The position numbers were made by a program, and so were the translations under genes. From contig CAVYNY010000020.1 in the NCBI GenBank assembly GCA_963769935.1, positions 384,001 to 448,000 of the forward strand: DNA of 64,000 nucleotides, given 5' to 3'. Below the pieces are notes generated by a model. It ran no database searches and was not told the origin of the DNA. It was given only the letters and a program-made list of their open reading frames with translations. This stretch comes from an uncultured delta proteobacterium. Lineage in GTDB: Bacteria > Desulfobacterota > Desulfobacteria > Desulfobacterales > JAFDCJ01. Of the stretch, positions 61,013 through 64,000 are shown piece after piece; the stretch's first letter is position 1; every line of letters begins with the position of its first letter.

Positions 61013-61435
61013 TCAGCCCTGCCAAATTTCCGGCTTGGGCATATTCATCATGTAATATTCGATGCGGTACGGGCTTATCCTGCATACCACATAATTCGGA
61101 TCGTCGGGACCGCTGAAAATGGACCGCAAGAGGTCGTACCACTGCGCATTTTTTGTTGCGGCATCTCCCAATATTTCAGCCCGTCCCTGCACCTGAAGCC
61201 AGGATACCGCTTTTTGCGGATCGGTGACGCCAAGGGTGAGATGCACCTCCGGATTCTTAACAATCTGAAGCGTTTTGCGCGAATTCAGAAAGGTGGCAAA
61301 CCAGATATTCAACTGATCATCGGCCCTAACCACAACGTAGCGCGTCCACGGCTTGCCGTCTTCGGTTATCGTAGCGAAGGACGCCAGTGTATGTTCCTTC
61401 ATCTTTTCAAATATCTTTTCTTTCAAATCACTCAT
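61013..61435 (-). CDS. Pyridoxamine 5'-phosphate oxidase-like FMN-binding (general stress) protein
   Basis: ATITEDGKPWTR, SRK..NPEV and GPDDPNY. Confidence 0.85.
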   Translation of the reverse strand: MSDLKEKIFEKMKEHTLASFATITEDGKPWTRYVVVRADDQLNIWFATFLNSRKTLQIVKNPEVHLTLGVTDPQKAVSWLQVQGRAEILGDAATKNAQWYDLLRSIFSGPDDPNYVVCRISPYRIEYYMMNMPKPEIWQG

Positions 61436-61572
61436 GGCAGCTCCTCAGTGATAGTAGTCCATTGAAATTGGGATCAGAAAATTAAACTAACCTGGATTTG
61501 CAGAAAGTCAATGTCAATTAATAATCGGAGAAGCTGATTTACCGGCATCGGTAACAGATGATGGTCTGAGAT

Positions 61573-61596
61573 AATGGGGGTATTCCCCTATTGACA
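61573..61596 (+). promoter_or_regulatory. Palindromic operator abutting a TTGACA -35 upstream of PilZ gene 1
   Basis: AATGGGGGTATTCCCCTATTGACA; similar motif upstream of PilZ gene 2. Confidence 0.55.
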
Positions 61597-61714
61597 TGGC
61601 CCCTGTCAATGATGAATGTAAAGACATTGCACGACTGTGGTTTGGGACCAGCGTGGCGGTGTAAGTCGCCAAATGGTTTCTGATGCTGGACTAATTAATT
61701 GCAGGAGATTGACC

Positions 61715-62011
61715 ATGAAATATAGTGCTGATCGCAGAGACAATAAACGGCTAAATCACAAAGATACAGCCCTGCTTACAGACGAAAATTCAGATTTTTA
61801 TTGTTATGGGCAATTAATTAATTTGAGTGGCGGCGGCATGTATTTTGAGACGGAATGCAATATTAAACCGGGAAGAGAGATCAACATTCGATTTGAGAAT
61901 CCTCCGTTTAAATCGGCGCCTAAAAAATATATGGTTACGGTTCAATGGTGCAAGCGCCTGTCAGATTTTGAATCCATCGGCACCTATGGCGTCGGGGTCA
62001 AGTACAGTTGA
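61715..62011 (+). CDS. Single-domain PilZ protein
   Basis: RRDNKR and NLSGGG c-di-GMP motifs, VQWC and GVGVKY. Confidence 0.88.
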   Translation: MKYSADRRDNKRLNHKDTALLTDENSDFYCYGQLINLSGGGMYFETECNIKPGREINIRFENPPFKSAPKKYMVTVQWCKRLSDFESIGTYGVGVKYS

Positions 62012-62375
62012 ATTTATTGGCGCTGTCATAATTCCATCTTGATCCGGCATTGTCGTAGATGTAACGATTTCCAAAGCCGTACGGCCGTCTGTTGACGGCC
62101 TGGGTTTTACCCCCACTTAGCAGACTACCTCCGAAAACCGGGGTCAATCCCGACAGCATTATTGATGTTCCGACAATTAAAGATACAAATAATTTCACCG
62201 CAGGCCATCCCCGGAAACAAACCCCGTCAACATATTCCAACCTCGAAAACCTGGCCCTGTAGGCCAGAATTCTTTATTAAACGCCGTTGGCAAACGACCT
62301 ATGCGGTCATTATTATAGGTCGTCTGGTTTCTGAGTTGAATCACCTATATAAAGAGACAGGATGCCGCATACGGT

Positions 62376-62675
62376 AACAAAAATTTCGGTTTGACCGGGC
62401 CCCAGCTTGTCATACTCCAGGAATTGTCAAATGGAGAAATGACGGTTTCCGAGCTGGCCCGCAGGATCAGTTTAAGCCAGGGAACTGTAACCGATATCAT
62501 TCACAGGCTGGAAAATAAGCATCTGATCATTAAAAGGCGCGGCAATCGCGATAAACGTCGTGTGCTGGTAGCTTTGTCTGAAATGTGCAAGGACCTTCTG
62601 GTTTCGGCGCCGCCTCCGCTTCAGGAAAAATTTATGAATTATTTTTCACAGATCGAAGAGTGGGAACAATTTCTT
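62376..62675 (+). pseudogene. MarR-family (EctR-like) regulator remnant
   Basis: NFGLTGPQL..LSQGTVTDIIHRLE..DKR..APPPLQEKF..EWEQ; in-frame stop just upstream, no N-terminal helix or RBS, 3' end runs into PilZ gene 2. Confidence 0.7.
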
Positions 62676-62722
62676 TTCTTCCATAGTGTAGTGATAGCCA
62701 ACCAAAGGGTGCGACACTTAAG

Positions 62723-63019
62723 CTATAAATACTTGGTTCCAATCCCAAATGAAAGCATAGACTCCTTTTCTGACAGCCGTTTGCACCACTGCACAGTCGC
62801 ATAGTAATCTTTAGGCGAAGATTTGTAGGGTGGATTGTCATATCGAATCTTGATTCTTCTCCCCGGTGTCAGAGCGTTTTCTGATTCAAAGTACATGCCA
62901 TTGCCGCTGACATTTCCAATTTGGGCATACACATAATATTTAGCGTTTTCGTCTGAAACCATGATAGTTCCCTTTTGATTGATGCGCTTATCTTTTCTTC
63001 TTTCAGAACCGCTTTTCAT
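62723..63019 (-). CDS. Single-domain PilZ protein, paralog of 61715-62011
   Basis: ERRKDKR, NVSGNGMYFE and VQWCKRLS; GGAGG RBS. Confidence 0.88.
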   Translation of the reverse strand: MKSGSERRKDKRINQKGTIMVSDENAKYYVYAQIGNVSGNGMYFESENALTPGRRIKIRYDNPPYKSSPKDYYATVQWCKRLSEKESMLSFGIGTKYL

Positions 63020-63133
63020 ATATTGCCTCCCCCATTGTTAGAGGTCTCTCAAACGACCAGGCATCGATTCCAACCGCAGCAGACTGGCTGGAGTTTATTG
63101 AGGTGAATTTAGTCTCATCACCATGTGATCATC

Positions 63134-63158
63134 TGTCAATAGGGGGAGCCACCTAATT
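63134..63158 (-). promoter_or_regulatory. Operator plus -35 upstream of PilZ gene 2
   Basis: Minus strand AATTAGGTGGCTCCCCCTATTGACA. Confidence 0.55.
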
Positions 63159-63519
63159 TCACGGAGATTTACCCTGAAAGTGCGAGATTGATGAGGCGTA
63201 TGATGCAAAGACTCGCAGCAAGCCATTACCGACGGGGGAAGCTCTCCGCCTGGTGTGAACTCGGGAAACCGGTATGCCTAACGAAAAAGGAAGCAACGAT
63301 GCCCCCTAAATCACAAAATAGTTATCCAATGGAGTCGAGGCTGCTGTGCTTCCTTAGGTATATGGTAAAGCAACATGAGTTTGTGTCAAGATTCTCTAAA
63401 GCTATTTAAACGGAGTAGGCGCAAGACCATCGTTTACGGTGATTTTTTTGAAGAAGGCGGTGTTTTTCTCGGACCCGCCCTTTAGTGGGCGAAGCCTGAT
63501 TTTTTAAGCCACTATTATA

Positions 63520-63577
63520 TTGACAGGTGGATTTGGGCATGCTACAAATTAGCTAACTAACTATTTGATAGCTAATT
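63520..63577 (+). promoter_or_regulatory. sigma70 promoter and putative MarR operator
   Basis: TTGACA-N17-TACAAA followed by AATTAGCTA...TAGCTAATT inverted repeat. Confidence 0.55.
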
Positions 63578-63592
63578 AACGGAGACCAGGAT

Positions 63593-64000
63593 ATGGTCGA
63601 TACGAAAGAGGACTCGCGCAAGCTTACGCTCGCGCACCTGCTGGCGCAGGTCTGCCGCCTGGTGGGCAGTCGCAGAAGAATGAAGCTGGAAAGCATCGGC
63701 CTTCACCACGCCCAGGGGTTGATCCTCTTTCAGCTCTGGCAGGAAGATGGAATTTCCCAGAGTGTGCTTGCACGGGCCTTGCATATTACGCCGCCGACGG
63801 CAACCAATACCTTGAAGCGCATGGAACGGGACGGCTGGGTCAAACGCCGCCGAGAGGAATCAGACCAGCGGATTGTCCGGGTCTATCTGACCGAGAAATC
63901 AAGAAGGCTCCGCGAAGAAGCCCGTGCATCTTTCAGAGAATTGGACGGTGAGATGACATCGCTGATGACCGAACAGGAATGCGAAGCACTCAGAGAAGCG
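63593..64000 (+). CDS. MarR family regulator (runs off window end)
   Basis: Manual translation MVDTKEDSRK..GLHHAQGLILFQLWQEDGISQSVLA..LKRMERDGWV.R..DQRIVRVYLT. Confidence 0.9.
   Translation, partial: MVDTKEDSRKLTLAHLLAQVCRLVGSRRRMKLESIGLHHAQGLILFQLWQEDGISQSVLARALHITPPTATNTLKRMERDGWVKRRREESDQRIVRVYLTEKSRRLREEARASFRELDGEMTSLMTEQECEALREA

Noticed and set aside
63160..63500. c-di-GMP riboswitch near the PilZ genes
   Set aside because: Could not find the GEMM two-hairpin consensus; the short ORF 63188-63409 is also unsupported.
1..64000. Long antisense or alternate-frame ORFs (e.g. 12694-13419, 17299-18075, 52845-53738, 57088-57777)
   Set aside because: Shadow ORFs of well-supported GC-rich genes, with no motifs of their own.
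1..64000. Prophage, integrase, transposase or anti-phage defence genes
   Set aside because: None recognisable among the translated ORFs.

Overview
A 64-kb chromosomal window from an anaerobic bacterium, most likely Desulfobacterota/Desulfobacterales (inferred from gene content and protein style). Housekeeping genes include grpE-dnaK, tilS-ftsH-folP, pilT/pilU-like, yggT-divIVA, proC, a class IV aminotransferase, nrdD-nrdG with tandem NrdR boxes, and dgkA. An Alu-domain-containing (large) SRP RNA lies on the minus strand near 10.14-10.39 kb. There are three catabolic blocks. (1) A GntR-tctCBA transporter, divergent from a lyxose-isomerase-like cupin and a BKACE enzyme. (2) A FadR-type regulator followed by a proline/sarcosine-dehydrogenase-like complex, an aldehyde:ferredoxin oxidoreductase (broken by three +1 frameshifts) and MoaD. 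(3) The most striking block, a TetR-led acyl-CoA cluster with two large fusion proteins: hydratase-2/SDR/SCP2 (MFE-2-like with permuted domain order) and Cys-less HMGS-like/DUF35/SDR/SCP2. These sit beside an SCPx-type thiolase, an acyl-CoA dehydrogenase, a CrtI-like flavoprotein and an FNR-2Fe2S reductase. Many intergenic gaps hold palindromic or 7-9-nt periodic repeats of several families, some nested in each other, and no transposase is visible. No CRISPR array, tRNA or rRNA was recognised. All calls come from motif recognition by eye; no searches were run.
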